Shown here piece by piece: positions 61,692 to 64,000 of a stretch of 64,000 bases of DNA. The notes beneath the pieces are model-generated. The model was not told the origin of the DNA. It made no database searches and was given only the letters and a program-made list of their open reading frames with translations. How positions within the stretch are numbered: position 1 is the stretch's first letter; every line of letters starts with the position of its first letter. The stretch spans positions 19,676,210-19,740,209 of the forward strand of contig NC_134030.1 in NCBI RefSeq assembly GCF_964204645.1, given 5' to 3'. A program made the translations under genes and the position numbers. Source of the stretch: Tubulanus polymorphus (lineage: Eukaryota > Animalia > Nemertea).

Positions 61692-64000
61692 ATTATTACG
61701 TATGTGTAAAATTGTTCGCTTTAAGACTATTCGTGTTTTTTTTTTTTCCTGAAAGATTGTAAAAACGTTGCAGTTTGTACCGAAATAAATTATATCATTT
61801 TGGAAAACTTGTAAATAAGTAAAATCTGGAATTACACGTTACGGTGCTATCTCTCGTGAGGAAAGTCAAAACTGGGTTGCTCAAAATCAGGGGCCAGTTG
61901 CATAGTTTGTGATTTAAGTCCAAAAGTGGTCTTAAATCTTACGACCGGTCTTAAGTTGTTAGATTGGCTACAGAACTAAGTTCGTCTTAGCCTGGTGTTA
62001 AGTCTAAGCTATGACTATGTAACCGGCCCCAGGGGCGGATCGAAGGGGGCCTAAGCCTAATTCGAAATTTTCTCCTTGAATCCAGGAATGATTGATCATT
62101 AAGGAAAGGTTGTGGGGATATTTTTCTCATGATAGGCACCTATCCAATTCTGCCTGCAACATTCCCCACTACAGACATTGTCCTGACCCTGTTTGAAGCC
62201 TGAATGAGCACATCCTCCAGAGACATCTTGGATGACAAAAAAGGTTTGCGAATCATCAAAATTCAGCAAAATAATGGGACCCTCAACGAAAATTACGCTT
62301 TCGCAAATTTTGATATTTTTTTTTTACATCACTTGTTTATTTTCTGATAAAAATACAGTTCATGGTCAAAATACAAGAGAGATCATTTACACGCTGAAAA
62401 TAATAAACTCTTTTACTAGGGCTCGAGTTTAAAGCAAGTCCATAAGTGGACAGGATCCAGTTCCACAATTATATGGGTCCAGGATCCAGTTCCACTATTG
62501 TGTGGGTTTTTAATTTGACACTGGAACCAGTTCCACAGTAAGTGTGGGTTTAATATAATTCTGAACCCAGTTTCACAGTTGTGTGGGTTTAATTTGACTC
62601 TGAACCCTGTTTCAATTCGACACAGCCCAGCTAAATTCAATCAAGTTATTCACAAAGTTGACATCAATTTCGAAACATCAATAAATTAATACATTCACTC
62701 TCACAGAATACCGGTCGACGATTAACAAATTATATAGCGCAATAATTTAAGGAAATCAAAGTTGATGAAACGGTATAAACCCAAAAGACAAACAAGTTTG
62801 AAAGCTTTCGTTGAGCTAAAGTTCATTTCAATATTGAGACGATACAGGCGCAGATCCAAGGGAATTTATGAGACTAGTACAAGTCCATCAGATCGTTTTA
62901 GTGCCTTTTTTCATATCGTCTATAAAAATTGGTGCATTTCTGCCAGTGCTGGAATAGAGTTGATATTCCCTTTTTGGATGACGAAGTGCCTTTCGAGATG
63001 ACAAGATCTGCAAAATTGGCTTCAGGGTCCGACCGTGCAAGCCTAATCATCATCTTTTGGAAAGCCTATTGACTATATCCTTGCAGTAATCTCAAGGAAT
63101 ACAGTGCAGTATTCCTACAGATGACTATCACTAGGATATAGTTGAAATGTTGAGATAAACTAATCTGTTTAATTGAATCTTATGAGAAAAAAACCCAGAA
63201 ATTTTTGCCAAATTTGATGAATTGTGCAGTTTTTACTATATATATTATCAGGCAGACCGCTTCAGGTAAGATCTAATATTGCAAGGACCCTGTAGCACAG
63301 ACCTGGATCGACAGTTATGTTTTCAGATTCGACAAACTCATCAGAAAATGAAATAATTTTCACGCTAAACAAAAGAACACGAAATTTATGTTCTGTTTTG
63401 ATTCTTCGTTTGTTAACTACCGGACTGAAGTCTTCTATCGACCAGTTTTATACAGGAAAATGCAAAATATTTCAATTTAAAAAGCGTAAACTTTTAAGTA
63501 GACGGTTAACACTATAAATATTGTCAACGTAACACAAGCTACAAGTTTACAATACTCGGGGGGCCAGAGTTTCATGGTAGGTGAACTGAAAACTGTGGTC
63601 CTCATTGGAAACATGAAGCAACTAATCAAAATTACAGTTACATGTTTTTGTGAAACGTGGCCCCCTTGCTCAAAAGTTGGCGTCAGTTAAGCAGTCGATA
63701 GCGACATCCACTGGTTAACTTCGACCGACTTTTTTTAACACACGGCGCACTTCACCATCAAGCGACAATAATCTACGCGTTACAATGACGACTAAAAATT
63801 GAAAACTTTGGAAGAAAAGAGTTCGATATTCAGATATCTAGAACAATCAGCCACGCATTCAAGCACAAACATTCAAACATACAAGTGGTTAGGTTTTATT
63901 TAGACTGTTGATTCCAATACAGCGGAACCTCGTTACAGCGAACTTCACCGGACCAGAAAATATGTTCGTTATAACCGACCGATGGTTTGTTATGAAATTA

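Overview
AT-rich metazoan (probably invertebrate bilaterian) genomic DNA with spliceosomal introns and a dense load of short non-autonomous DNA transposons. Conventional genes are: intronless rhodopsin-class GPCRs (an intact copy at 5928-7046, a frameshifted copy at 1513-2632, a divergent third at 11996-12997), a FAIM gene (minus strand, 30376-36653) and a complete 8-exon USF gene (plus strand, 48680-57258). The main discovery, largely invisible in the ORF track, is a family of four small spliced genes on the minus strand (about 3.5, 7.9, 40.0 and 46.0 kb; a fifth promoter at 0.2 kb points out of the window). They encode signal peptide + short propeptide + a 33-34 aa six-cysteine peptide resembling sea-anemone APETx/BDS beta-defensin-fold toxins, but with a compacted CxC...CC...CC framework and highly diverged mature regions. 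Two of these genes are co-duplicated with a GPCR in a 4.39 kb tandem unit. FAIM carries two intact, equal-length (223 nt) duplicated exons that can only be used mutually exclusively. Also noted: a co-oriented array of about 13 CTCF-like motifs, and hAT-like elements with unusual 5- and 6-bp target duplications. Family names rest on recalled motifs and sequences; no database searches were run.
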